From an uncultured Desulfosarcina sp. (GTDB taxonomy: Bacteria > Desulfobacterota > Desulfobacteria > Desulfobacterales > Desulfosarcinaceae): a DNA stretch of 64,000 bases. Shown piece by piece: positions 21,427 through 32,001 of the stretch. A program made the translations under genes and the position numbers. Every line of letters starts with the position of its first letter. The stretch's first letter is position 1. Under the pieces are notes generated by a model. That model was not told the origin of the DNA and did no database searches. It saw only the letters and a list, made by a program, of their open reading frames with translations. The stretch spans positions 1,856,001 to 1,920,000 of the forward strand of contig CAXXWQ010000003.1 of NCBI GenBank assembly GCA_963674945.2. The letters are read 5' to 3'.

Positions 21427-23304
21427 TCAAATATCGTCGGACGTCGACACCAATCGTGTATCGGCACCACCATGCCGATGTGTCACCCTTTGGGCCTGGT
21501 GCTGTTTCTCTTGCAACAAGGAAGCAAGCAGCTCTACGTCACCACTTTTTTCTGCCGCCTCGATTCGCTGTAACAACGACTTATCCCTGCGGCGGATGCT
21601 TTGGTGAAACTGGTTTATCAGATTCATACAGCCATCTTTGTCCCATTGCTCGTCGGTCAAGGAGAGCCGTGCGACCATGGCTTTCGTCTCCACATCCGTC
21701 CACCTCGACACCAACCCGGCCACATCGCTGCCGGATTGGGCAAAGTGGTCGATGATTCCTTTTCCGATTTTCTCCAGCAGCGGATCCGCGAATTGGGTCA
21801 CATACCGGTGTTTCGCTATATAAGGAATCATTTCTGGATATTGCAGCATCATTGCCACCATCTGGCGTTCCAACCGGTAGGTCTCTCCCTTTGGTTTTGA
21901 AACACAACGGTGTTCCTTTGGATTCGTATCCGGTCGTCCCGTCATCCATTGCCTTTTTGCAGGTACGGGGCCGCCCTGTCGAACTTTTTGTAAGAGAATC
22001 GATTCCTCGACTCCCATTCGTTCCGATAACTGCTTTACCCGAAGAGCCCTTTCCACCGGATCGCCGATTGCCAGGATAGCATCTTTCAGATCATTTATTA
22101 TGCGGACCTTGCCTTCTATGGTTAGGCCGTATTTGGCAATGGCCGACGCCACCATGAAGTCCATCATTCCCTTTGCATCCTTTGCAATCTGCAAGAAGGC
22201 GCCCGCACCGTTTTTCATGATGAACGAATCTGGATCCTGGTCCTTGGGAAGAACCAAAACCCGGGCCGCGAGCAAACCCTTTTGAAACACCGCAACGCTA
22301 CGCTGGGCCGCCTTTACGCCGGCCTGGTCCGAATCGAAAACCAAAATCGCCTCTCCCTTTTGTCCGACCAATCCCTTTAGGATCTGCACGTGTTCCAGGG
22401 TCAGGGAGGTACCCAGTGTCGCCACGGTGTTTGAGATCCCAAACTGGTGCATGGTAAGAAGATCGAAATATCCTTCCACCACATAGACCGCTTCCGACTG
22501 GCGGCTCTGCTGACGTGCCCGGTTCAGCCCGTACAGGGATCTACGCTTGTTGTACACCGGTGTTTCCGGACTGTTGAGATATTTGGGCAGTGCATCATCC
22601 ATCACGCGGCCGCCGAAACCCACCGGTTGGCTCTGTGCGTTGAATATGGGGAAAATAATGCGATTTCGAAACCGATCGTAGTAGCTCTGCCCCTTCTCTT
22701 GTGGCCCCTGCACTGGGGAACCCTTCTTCCGTGGAATGATCAGCCCGGCCAACGCCGCCATGGTCACGGATCTCTTTTTCTTTCCCAAGAAACGCGTCAG
22801 ATGATCCCATCCATCCGGAGCGAATCCGATATCGAAATCGTCAATGGTCTCTTTTCGCATCCCCCTTTCGCGCAAATAGTCCATCGCCCGCTGGCCATGG
22901 TTCTTCGAAAAAAGGCAATCACGATAAAATTTCAGTGCATCGCCATTAAGCGTTACTATCGATTCGCGCTCCGTCAACTTTTTTTTATCAGCCGGAGACA
23001 TTTTTCTTGTGGGGAGGCGGATACCATACCGGTTGGCAAGACTTCTGACTGCCTCTGGAAAGGTAAGCCCCTGGTGTTTCATCAAGAAGCTGAATACGTT
23101 GCCACCGGCACCACATCCAAAGCAATAGAAAATCTGTTTGTCCGGACTCACCGTAAACGAAGGGGTTTTTTCTGCGTGAAAAGGACACGATCCCAAAAAG
23201 TTACGCCCTGCGCGACGCAAGGAGACGAACTCCGATACGATCGCTACAATATCAGACGCGTTCTTTATTTCGGTAATTTTATCTTCGGGAATGTATGCCG
23301 CCAA
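21427..23304 (-). CDS. dnaG: DNA primase
   Basis: [15 protein letters not shown] Zn finger, [21 protein letters not shown]; upstream of rpoD. Confidence 0.96.
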   Translation of the reverse strand: MAAYIPEDKITEIKNASDIVAIVSEFVSLRRAGRNFLGSCPFHAEKTPSFTVSPDKQIFYCFGCGAGGNVFSFLMKHQGLTFPEAVRSLANRYGIRLPTRKMSPADKKKLTERESIVTLNGDALKFYRDCLFSKNHGQRAMDYLRERGMRKETIDDFDIGFAPDGWDHLTRFLGKKKRSVTMAALAGLIIPRKKGSPVQGPQEKGQSYYDRFRNRIIFPIFNAQSQPVGFGGRVMDDALPKYLNSPETPVYNKRRSLYGLNRARQQSRQSEAVYVVEGYFDLLTMHQFGISNTVATLGTSLTLEHVQILKGLVGQKGEAILVFDSDQAGVKAAQRSVAVFQKGLLAARVLVLPKDQDPDSFIMKNGAGAFLQIAKDAKGMMDFMVASAIAKYGLTIEGKVRIINDLKDAILAIGDPVERALRVKQLSERMGVEESILLQKVRQGGPVPAKRQWMTGRPDTNPKEHRCVSKPKGETYRLERQMVAMMLQYPEMIPYIAKHRYVTQFADPLLEKIGKGIIDHFAQSGSDVAGLVSRWTDVETKAMVARLSLTDEQWDKDGCMNLINQFHQSIRRRDKSLLQRIEAAEKSGDVELLASLLQEKQHQAQRVTHRHGGADTRLVSTSDDI

Positions 23305-23527
23305 AAAAAGCCGCCTCCATTGCAAATGGATTCGGGTTTATTCGTGCTCCGGTAGGACCTGGGCCATTCATCACTAAACAGGTATGCTCAGGGAACGGAT
23401 TGGCGTTGAAACGGGCGCATTGCCGCCATGGTCGTGATAGAACTCTCTCTGCGCATAAGATCTACCTTCTTTAAATTTTCTAATTTAGATCATCGACTAC
23501 TGCTTGTCAACCAAAAGCGATATTTTT

Positions 23528-24115
23528 TCACAAGACGCCTTTTGAAGTCCGGGCACCCGGACGATTGGGATCAACGGTAACCGCCTGCTTCAGGGCGCGT
23601 CCGACGGATTTGAAAATGGATTCCAGCACGTGGTGTTCATTTTCACCATATGGGACATTGATGTGGAGGTTCATTCCTCCTTTGACGGAAAAGGCCCTGA
23701 AAAACTCCTTGGCCAACCCGCGATCCAGCGGACCGGCCGACTCCAACTGGGATGGTAGGTTGAAAACCAAGAAGGGTCGATTGGACAGATCGATGGCAAC
23801 CTCCGCCAGTGCCTCGTCCATGGGGGTAACGGCAAAACCGTAGCGGAAAATACCGCTGCGGTCGGCAAGGGCATTGGAGATACATGCGCCCAGGACCAAA
23901 CCGACATCTTCGACGGTGTGGTGGTAATCCACTTCCAGATCGCCGCGTGCATCGAGGAAAATATCGAATCCACCGTGGAAACAGAACAGGTTCAACATAT
24001 GATCGAAAAAGGCGATGCCGGTGCTGATCTTCGCCTTTGCCGCACCGTCGAGATTGAGTTCGGCGGTAATTTGTGTTTCCGTTGTATTTCGGTCGATCCG
24101 ACTCTTGCGGTCCAT
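23528..24115 (-). CDS. hisB: Imidazoleglycerol-phosphate dehydratase
   Basis: RNTTET, DYHHTVED, PMDEA, NEHHVLE. Confidence 0.95.
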   Translation of the reverse strand: MDRKSRIDRNTTETQITAELNLDGAAKAKISTGIAFFDHMLNLFCFHGGFDIFLDARGDLEVDYHHTVEDVGLVLGACISNALADRSGIFRYGFAVTPMDEALAEVAIDLSNRPFLVFNLPSQLESAGPLDRGLAKEFFRAFSVKGGMNLHINVPYGENEHHVLESIFKSVGRALKQAVTVDPNRPGARTSKGVL

Positions 24116-24379
24116 GTTGCATCTCCTCGTGGTTTTGAATTCCCACCTTTCCGGTGGCCAAATGAACATCCACTGTCAATATTGACACGTGACGACACCG
24201 TTTCGTAAAGTACCGCGTCCACTGCCGCAACATCGATAAAATGTGTTCACGGAAAAATAACCCGTTTCGCCTTTGGAAGCAAGGGATTCGGTCACACCGC
24301 CGCATTTGGCATTGGACACATTGTGGTAGGTGTGCCTATATAGACGTTTTCTATCTGTTCGACCAGCCAAGGAGATGAA

Positions 24380-26125
24380 ATGAAACATGCCCGTCCCATC
24401 GAATTGAAAGACGCCTTCAAACAGGCAACCGATGACCAGGACAAAATCATACCGCCGGAAAAGACGGTGTCACGGGTGAAAAAGCAGATGCAGGCCATGG
24501 ATTCGAAAATCCTGGACCAAACCGTTCGAATCGACAACGGTCGTCTGGACATTCCCGTTTTTTTCAGCACCTGCGGTCACGATGCGTTAAAAGTCATCGG
24601 CACAAAAAAGCAGATGGGCAAGGGGGCAACACCGGCACAGGCCGAGGCCAGCGCAGTCATGGAACTGGCCGAGCGATTCAGTTTTTTCAGTTTCTATCAA
24701 AATGACGCGAACACTTGTTTGGGCACGTATGGACAATTCGCCCGTGAAGCCATCCCCTTCGAACAAATTGCCAAATCGGTTCACGACGAATCCGACGAAC
24801 TTGCGATCTCCCGAAAGATTTTCGAAGGACTGCCCTTGCGGTGGACCGGTGCCTGGAGCCTGACCAGGGAGAAAGCGGTCTTCGTGCCCCTGGACTGGTT
24901 CTATGCCATTAATGCCTTCAATGGCCCGTCTGCCGGCAACTGTGTGGAAGAGGCACTTTGTCAGGGAATCTGTGAAATCGTCGAGCGCCACGTATCATCC
25001 ATCATCAGCCGCCAAAAGATTGCCACCATGCGGATCGATCAAGCTTCGGCAACGGATCTGTGCGTACGCCAGATGCTGGACAAATACGCACGTGCCGGCA
25101 TTCGTTTGGCCATCACCGATTTCACCCTGGACATGGGCATTCCTTCGGTGGGTGTCTTGGCATACGATCCTTCCACCTTCCCGAATAAGAGCGAAATCGT
25201 ATGGACCGCCGGCACCACCCCCGGTCCGGAAAAGGCCCTGAGCCGGGCGCTTACGGAAGTCGCCCAACTCGCCGGGGATTTTAGCACCGGATCCAATTAC
25301 GTGGCCTCGGGCCTACCCAAATTTTCGCGTCTGGAAGATGCCGCCTACGTGATCAATGCCCCGGGCAACAGACGACTGGACGAATTGCCGGACATTTCCC
25401 ACCCGAACATCCGCCATGAGGTGCAGGCTTGCATCCAGGCGCTGGCCCAGCGGGACTTCGAGGTACTGGCGGTGGATACCACCCATCCGAAACTGGCCGT
25501 TCCCGCTTTCTACACCATCGTGCCGGGCGCCCATTTCCGGGAACGCGCTGCCGGTACCAGCGTGGCCATGTTCGCCGCCAAGCTGACCATGGAACGCTTC
25601 GCACCCGACGAGGCCATCGGCCGCCTTCTGGATATGGATCGGCTTTTGCCCGGCAAGTACTTCATCCAGTTTTATTTGGGCAATTGCCATTTGGAAAAAA
25701 ACGATCCGAGAAAGGCCCTAACCCATTTCGAAAAAGCCCTGGACCTGTCGCCGACGGGCCAGGACATTGTCAGCATCTACTCGTACATGGGTGTGTGCCA
25801 CAAAGAGATGGGCCAGTATGACAAGGCCCTGACCGTGCTGGCCAAGGGCGAAAAACGGGATGACCAGCGAACAGACATCCACAACCTCATGGGATTTTGC
25901 CACTTCATGCAAAAAAATCACGAAGCGGCCATCCGAAGCTTCGAAAAGGTAATCGCCTTGGATCCCAGTTCAGCCATCGACTATGCCAACATCGCTTCCA
26001 ACTACCGGGACATGGGGAAAAAGGACGATGCCATTCGCTACTATCGCCTGGCCCTGGAACTGGACCCGACCATCGCGTTCGCCCGGGAGAACCTCACGCG
26101 GCTCATTGGCAACGGGTCGAATTGA
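24380..26125 (+). CDS. YcaO-family protein with C-terminal TPR repeats
   Basis: GKGATPAQAEASAVMELAER, NGPSAGNCVEEALCQGICEIVER and ALTEVAQ ATP-binding motifs; about 4 TPRs at the C-terminus. Confidence 0.9.
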   Translation: MKHARPIELKDAFKQATDDQDKIIPPEKTVSRVKKQMQAMDSKILDQTVRIDNGRLDIPVFFSTCGHDALKVIGTKKQMGKGATPAQAEASAVMELAERFSFFSFYQNDANTCLGTYGQFAREAIPFEQIAKSVHDESDELAISRKIFEGLPLRWTGAWSLTREKAVFVPLDWFYAINAFNGPSAGNCVEEALCQGICEIVERHVSSIISRQKIATMRIDQASATDLCVRQMLDKYARAGIRLAITDFTLDMGIPSVGVLAYDPSTFPNKSEIVWTAGTTPGPEKALSRALTEVAQLAGDFSTGSNYVASGLPKFSRLEDAAYVINAPGNRRLDELPDISHPNIRHEVQACIQALAQRDFEVLAVDTTHPKLAVPAFYTIVPGAHFRERAAGTSVAMFAAKLTMERFAPDEAIGRLLDMDRLLPGKYFIQFYLGNCHLEKNDPRKALTHFEKALDLSPTGQDIVSIYSYMGVCHKEMGQYDKALTVLAKGEKRDDQRTDIHNLMGFCHFMQKNHEAAIRSFEKVIALDPSSAIDYANIASNYRDMGKKDDAIRYYRLALELDPTIAFARENLTRLIGNGSN

Positions 26126-26436
26126 AAGGATACCAGCAGCCGTCTTCAATGTCCAACCCCTCTTCGAATCCCGATTCGACTCGTTCGGTAATTGTTTCAA
26201 CCACCACAAGAAAAATTGATATAGCATCCGCATTTCAGATATGGTAAAGTAACATATGCTTAAAATCCAATGGGGAATGCAGCATTATTCGCGAATGCTG
26301 CATTCGCACCGGCAAAGACGATACGATCGTCAGCTGCAATGTCGGGAACAAGTCAATCCGCCAACTTCATCGGGGGTGGTATGGGTTTGGCCCCCGGGAA
26401 GAAGGCATTGGGCAAAAACAAAGAAAGGGGAAGAAA

Positions 26437-26781
26437 ATGGATCGAGTAGCAGTTATCGGATGCGGCGCCTACATGGACAGCGGGTACGGATGTCCGGGTG
26501 AGTGGCGGTGCCTGAAAGCGGCAGCCCTGGGTGAGGGGAAATTCGAGAGTCCGGCCCAAGTGGTCTCCTTTGTCAAATGCGAGTGTCCGGGAAGAGCCGT
26601 ACTGCCAACCGTTGGCATGGCGGCCAAACTTTCACAGATCAAACCGGATAAGATTTATCTCAGTTCCTGTCTTGTAAATGCCAAACCAGGCTGCCCCTAT
26701 ATGTCGGCCGACGAACTGGCAACGATGCTGGAAGGCAAGTTCGAGGTGCCGGTTGTTAAAGGGACCCACGACTACCACTAA
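26437..26781 (+). CDS. CGGC-domain Cys-rich metal-binding protein
   Basis: IGC..GCPGEWRCLKA, CECPG, LSSC, GCP, terminal GTH. Confidence 0.8.
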   Translation: MDRVAVIGCGAYMDSGYGCPGEWRCLKAAALGEGKFESPAQVVSFVKCECPGRAVLPTVGMAAKLSQIKPDKIYLSSCLVNAKPGCPYMSADELATMLEGKFEVPVVKGTHDYH

Positions 26782-26783
26782 AT

Positions 26784-26929
26784 AATGCTCATCCAGAAAC
26801 GGCATCTCATGGCCCATGCCGGCGTTTTCACTCCGTCGAAATCCTCAACGTAGCGCTGCTACGCCTCCGGTTTCAACGTCGTTGCGGCCTTGGCCGTAAG
26901 CCATGATCTACCATTTCTGGACGGACACT
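26784..26929 (+). repeat. Long palindromic intergenic repeat (REP/MITE-like), copy 1
   Basis: TCCAGAAA...TTTCTGGA ends; core GAAATCCTCAACGTAGCGCTGCTACGCCTCCGGTTTC shared with copy 2. Confidence 0.85.
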
Positions 26930-26959
26930 GATCGCTATCATTACATTCGATTACGGATC

Positions 26960-27005
26960 AAAGAGCCAAAAGCAGGAAGGGTGGATCTGCTTTTGGCTCT
27001 TTTTT
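26960..27005. terminator. Intrinsic terminator between convergent genes
   Basis: AAAGAGCCAAAAGCAG-loop-CTGCTTTTGGCTCTTTTTT. Confidence 0.85.
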
Positions 27006-27161
27006 GTCTCATAGCTGTGTCAAAGGGAAATCACCGACAACCCGCTGAGTGAGCGGTTTGATGTTCGACGTTTAAAAATCGACTTTCGGACTTATTGAGC
27101 CCCGGATCGGTCCGAATCTTTTTAGGTCGCTCGGGCTTTGCCCGAGGTTAATGAACTGCAA

Positions 27162-28811
27162 TTAATTCCCTTCCAGCCATCTTTTCAACCACATGATCCG
27201 GATCGGATGGTCCGATGCGAGGGCAAGTGCTTTTTCCTTATGATCATCAAAACGATGAAGAAAGGCGCCTTTGCCGGGATTTGCCGCCGAGGCGTCTAAA
27301 TACCGCCGCGCATAGGTGTAGGTCAGGTAGACATGCGCGTAGCAGTTGTCCGGATCGATGGCCAAGGCCCGTTCAAAGGCTTTGGTTGCGCCCCGATCGT
27401 CTTTTTGCCGGTAACGGATATACCCTGATAAATTGTGGCCGATGGGGTCGTCATCGACGCAATCGACGTACGCGTCGATGTGGGTTTTCGCCGTACGATA
27501 CTGATAGTGTGCATCCACGTGGGCCATGGCCAGGTATTTTCGCACGAGAATCAAATCAGGATCCAGCCGAAGGGCTTTGTTTAATATGGGAATCGCCTTT
27601 GCGCTCATTGCCGTAATCGTGTAAAGGCGGCCCAATTCCAGCAACTGATTGGGGTTGTCCGGATCATGGTCGACGCGTTCTTCAACGGCCAACATCCGAT
27701 TTGCGATTTCCCCGTCTCGATCGATGGTATACCGGTCGTTTTCGGACAGAGGAAAGTCCTGACCCTGAAAAGAAAAAGCATCTATAAGGAGCTTCATATG
27801 GGGGTAGTCGGAGAATTCGACACCCCAGTGCGGCGATTTCCCCATGCGGATGAATCGACGCTGGTGGACGATGTCGAATTGCCATCCCGCATTGGTGCGA
27901 CACAGCAGAAAAGGGGCATTGTCCCATCCCGTCTTCCGGCCGAAGTAAATCACGGCCCATTCACCGTCTTGCCTTACCGTGTACGGTTTTGATTTGTAGG
28001 TGGCGTATTCCCTTTCCAGGCTGGCATCGGGACGATTGGCGAAATCGCGGTACGAAAGCCGGGTGACCGCCGTGTATACGCCCAGGTACGGGTCCTTAAC
28101 CTTTTCCTTCCAGCTCCGGATCATGGTCTGCCACGCCTGGTCAGGTGTATCCCCCGACGGATAGTCATTATTTACGGGAAGACGGGCTCCTATCGACCGA
28201 CTGCCATTTTCCGGTCGGCGAAGCGTCAAACGGTGTCCGGCACCGGCGCCCTGGGAGAGGAAATCGAGGTCCAAACCGGCGATGGTGGAGGGGGTATAGT
28301 CTCCCGTGTACTTGACCTGGGCTCGGGCTTCGATGGCTTCTATTACGGCAATCAACCCGATGGACAGTTGATCGGCCGCGAAGCGTGTCTGAAGCAGGAG
28401 ATCCTGGACACGGCCGGTGAAGGCGTCGGTGAAGACATCCTCGAGGTCGTAGCTGACTTCGATTTTCACCTCTTTTTCATCATCCACCAATAAAAACAGC
28501 AGACCTCGCCCATCAAAGTCCTTTCCGATTTTCCAATTGGTAAAAATCTCGACGGCGGCACTCGTGGCGGTGTATCTGTTTCCCAACGAAGGCAAGGTAA
28601 CGATCAGCATTTCGATGCCATATTGTTCCCGAATGTTCGCAAGATGGCGATTGGTCGCGTCGCGTGCATCGTCCATCAGTCCAACATGGTCGAATAGCGC
28701 TTCTTTGTTGCGCGGCCGTTGTTTAATGACATCTTCTATGCTGAAGTCTTCCCCTTGACTGCAGGCAAAAAGCAGAAAGGACAAGAATATATAAAAAACG
28801 TGCTTGATCAT
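27162..28811 (-). CDS. Lipoprotein with TPM domain and TPR repeats
   Basis: Lipobox LLFAC; WKIGKDFDGRGLLFL..IEVSYDLEDVFTD TPM motif; C-terminal TPRs; start uncertain. Confidence 0.75.
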   Translation of the reverse strand: MIKHVFYIFLSFLLFACSQGEDFSIEDVIKQRPRNKEALFDHVGLMDDARDATNRHLANIREQYGIEMLIVTLPSLGNRYTATSAAVEIFTNWKIGKDFDGRGLLFLLVDDEKEVKIEVSYDLEDVFTDAFTGRVQDLLLQTRFAADQLSIGLIAVIEAIEARAQVKYTGDYTPSTIAGLDLDFLSQGAGAGHRLTLRRPENGSRSIGARLPVNNDYPSGDTPDQAWQTMIRSWKEKVKDPYLGVYTAVTRLSYRDFANRPDASLEREYATYKSKPYTVRQDGEWAVIYFGRKTGWDNAPFLLCRTNAGWQFDIVHQRRFIRMGKSPHWGVEFSDYPHMKLLIDAFSFQGQDFPLSENDRYTIDRDGEIANRMLAVEERVDHDPDNPNQLLELGRLYTITAMSAKAIPILNKALRLDPDLILVRKYLAMAHVDAHYQYRTAKTHIDAYVDCVDDDPIGHNLSGYIRYRQKDDRGATKAFERALAIDPDNCYAHVYLTYTYARRYLDASAANPGKGAFLHRFDDHKEKALALASDHPIRIMWLKRWLEGN

Positions 28812-29192
28812 GGTAACAATATCGAACCGTTTCAACTGACGTTTCATTTCATCTGCCAATGGCGGGGAACAAAATTGCCCAGCCGATCATTCTGTCACCT
28901 ATTATCGCGATAATTTCCCATGACTTGAATTTCTTTACGCCATTCATCCAGCAACTTGCTTCACGCACGCTTAAAAAAAATCGGAGTAACTTTTGGGATC
29001 CATCCCAAACAAAACGAATGGGATGAGGTATGTTGCTGTATATACGCGATCATGCAACCATCCATTTAAGTTTTTGGCCAATTCGACGATATTTACTGGG
29101 AAAAAGGCAGTAAATTATCGTAAAGTTGACTCATTTTCAATTTTCGGGTAAGTAATTGGAAATTGTGAGACACAACCGCTTCAGGAAAGAAC

Positions 29193-30299
29193 ATGCCCAA
29201 CCGTATCGGACACATCGATATTGCAAAAGGAATTTCGATTATTCTTGTGGCACTCTTTCACAGCAATTTGTCATCTTATTTCCCCCAAATAATAGGCCCC
29301 ATGGCGCTATTTCGACTGCCGCTTTTCTTCTTTCTTTCAGGTGTCTTCTTCAAATCCACCATGGCGCCGAATGTCTTTTTCTGGAAAAAATTTGATGCAT
29401 TGCTCAAACCCTATTTCGCAACATTAATCGTTGTATCAATCATTTCTACCCTTTATGGCGGAGGGGTTTATCTTGGGCAATTGAAAGGATTGGTATACGG
29501 AAATGGGTCTACCATCAATTGGCTATGGCTCCCCATGTGGTTTCTCCCCCATCTTTTTGCGGTTTATTGTTTCGTCTATCTGATTTTCAGATATACACCA
29601 TTTCAAAACAGTTCTTCGATCATCCGGTATGGCGTCCTTTTTGTTATGATAACGGTCGGCTCCTATTTTATCGATCTATTCTGGCAACTCGACATCACTT
29701 TATTTGGAAAAACGAGGCAGTTGCCGGGGCTCCCTTTCAGTACCGACATTATTTTTATCAGTTCGTTCTTTTTTGCCATGGGCGCATTGATGAAACAGAA
29801 GGTTGTTTCCTTTCGTCCCAATCCATATTGGTTGATGTTCTCTTTGGTGCTCTTTTTTTTCATTGCATCGGAAACGGAAGCGTACATCGACCTGAACGCC
29901 AGATATTACAACCTGCCCATTATTGCTACGATTGGCGCTGCCTGTGGGATATACATGATCCTTACCATCTCTTTTCACATCGACAGCCTTCCCAAGTTGT
30001 TTCCGATAAAAAAAGCCCTTTTGGCGTTTGGAAGTTCAAGCTTATTCATACTCATCTTTCATTTTTATATCTATTACAATATCTATGAAGTACTTTATCG
30101 ACTCGGTGGCAGTGAGCCAAATTTTATTCTCACAATACTGGCATTCCTTACGAGCATCACAGCACCACTGATGATAAGGGGCCTCATATCCAAAAGTGAA
30201 ATACTCTCTCTATTCTATTTTCCTATGCAATCCAATTCATTGGCCAAACGGATGCTGCAAAACATGCCATTGTGTCTCAGCAGGCAGGTAAGCAAATAA
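29193..30299 (+). CDS. Acyltransferase family 3 (membrane O-acyltransferase)
   Basis: RIGHIDIAKGISIILVALFH, FRLPLFFFLSG, WFLPHLF; many TM helices; AT-rich. Confidence 0.88.
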   Translation: MPNRIGHIDIAKGISIILVALFHSNLSSYFPQIIGPMALFRLPLFFFLSGVFFKSTMAPNVFFWKKFDALLKPYFATLIVVSIISTLYGGGVYLGQLKGLVYGNGSTINWLWLPMWFLPHLFAVYCFVYLIFRYTPFQNSSSIIRYGVLFVMITVGSYFIDLFWQLDITLFGKTRQLPGLPFSTDIIFISSFFFAMGALMKQKVVSFRPNPYWLMFSLVLFFFIASETEAYIDLNARYYNLPIIATIGAACGIYMILTISFHIDSLPKLFPIKKALLAFGSSSLFILIFHFYIYYNIYEVLYRLGGSEPNFILTILAFLTSITAPLMIRGLISKSEILSLFYFPMQSNSLAKRMLQNMPLCLSRQVSK

Positions 30300-30645
30300 A
30301 AGACCCTTTGTTCAATTTTCAAACCGATGGTTAACTGGTCACGCTGTTCGTTTCAATCGATGCCATGGGCTATTAAGGGCAACATCCTTTCATCGGGAAA
30401 GCATCCGTAAAAAAACGGACAACGGCTATCGATACCCGATTCATCCGAACCAGAGAAATACCTCTTGACTCCATTGGATGTTTTTCAGAATATCGTAATC
30501 ATCGCAAGGCCTGATATTTGATGGCCTTATCGATTTTTTGCTTTTTCCTTGATGTGATAGCATTCCTTTTTCACAGAAGTTTTGATGCGGTCTTTTGAAA
30601 GACCGGTAGTTACGACTACCTATAGCGCGATGCGGAGGTTCGGCC

Positions 30646-31989
30646 GTGACCCCTCGTAAAAACGGAACTATTGTGAGCGCCCTTCTTTTCCTGGCTTTCT
30701 TATTGATTTCGGCGCCTGCTTTAACGGCATCATCAAAAGAAGACAGTCAGTGTGTCCTCTGCCACACCAACCTGAAGAGCCTGATCCGGTTGTGCTGGAA
30801 AGTGGAAAAAATAAAACCGAAACCCAAACAATCCAGCGAGACTGCGGGTGAGGGGTGAGGCGGCCCCTTGGCTCCGTTGGAGCTGTATCAGAAAATATAT
30901 GTGGATCCGGGTTTCCTTGAAACCAACCATGGCCAAATTCCTTGTAATAACTGCCACGGCGGCAACCCCGACGATTCCAACTGGCTAACGGCCCATGATT
31001 CGATGATAAAAGATCCCACAACGAGTAAAGCCCTGGCCATTTGCGGAGAGTGCCACGAAGAGATCGCCGCCAAAGCGGTAAGCAGTCTGCACTATACGCT
31101 GGCACCTTTTTCGCGCGCCATTGCAGCCAGAATGGGCGATGTACGCAAAGACGCCCGAAAACTTGTCGATCACGCCATGGACATCCATTGCAATACCTGC
31201 CATGCCAGTTGCGGACAATGTCATGTCAGCAGACCGGATTACGTTGGCGGTGGATTTTTGGCAAAGCACCATTTCAAGAGAACACCGGACATGGATACGA
31301 CGTGTGCCAGTTGTCACGGTGGTCGTGTCTACGGAGAGTATACGGCGGCAAACGAAGACAACGAAGCCGATGTCCACTTCGACGACGAAGAAATGACTTG
31401 CATGCAATGCCACAAATCACCCGAAATGCATGCGTGTGCAACGGATGTCACCAGCCGTTTCGAACTTCCGGAACGACCGAGATGTCTGCAATGCCACGAG
31501 GACGTTGTCGCTGAGAAGCCGAAGACGCAATCACACAAAATTCACGGAAACAAGGTGGCCTGCCAGGTATGTCACGCCCAAGCCACGAAAAATTGTTACA
31601 GTTGCCACGTGGGCACCGACAAAAAGGGGCTTCCCTATTTCAAGTGCCGCAAAACCGCGTTTGACTTGAAAATCGGACTGAATCCCAGAAAAACCAAAGA
31701 CAGACCCTATGACTGGGTCGTCTTGCGGCATCCGGCTGCAGATCCGAAGATTTTCGATCACTATGTAAAAAACAGCCTGCCCGATTTCAACGCCCTTCCT
31801 ACCTGGAAACTGGATACCCCGCACAGCATCCGACGTTCGACGGCACAAAACAAGGAGTGCAATAATTGCCATGGCAAAAAGGAGTTGTTTTTGACCCGAG
31901 ATGACGTTGCTGATGGAGAAGTCGAAGCAAACCGTAGCGTGATCGTTCCGGAATCTAAAATTCCCGAACCTGTTACATCCAAACCATAA
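30646..31989 (+). CDS. Exported 11-heme cytochrome c, predicted selenoprotein (UGA at codon 71, 30856-30858)
   Basis: Signal peptide and CVLCH before the TGA, ten further CxxCH after it in the same frame; SECIS-like hairpin immediately downstream; GGAGGT RBS before GTG. Confidence 0.82.
30859..30885 (+). promoter_or_regulatory. Candidate bacterial SECIS element
   Basis: GGCTCC-GTT-GGAGCT hairpin; G-initiated apical loop begins 17 nt after the UGA. Confidence 0.65.
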
Positions 31990-32001
31990 AGGAGGTTGAC
32001 C

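Noticed and set aside
30868..31989. Independent 373-aa cytochrome starting at TTG 30868
   Set aside because: A GAGG lies upstream, but the product would lack an export signal; read-through from 30646 explains both ORFs.
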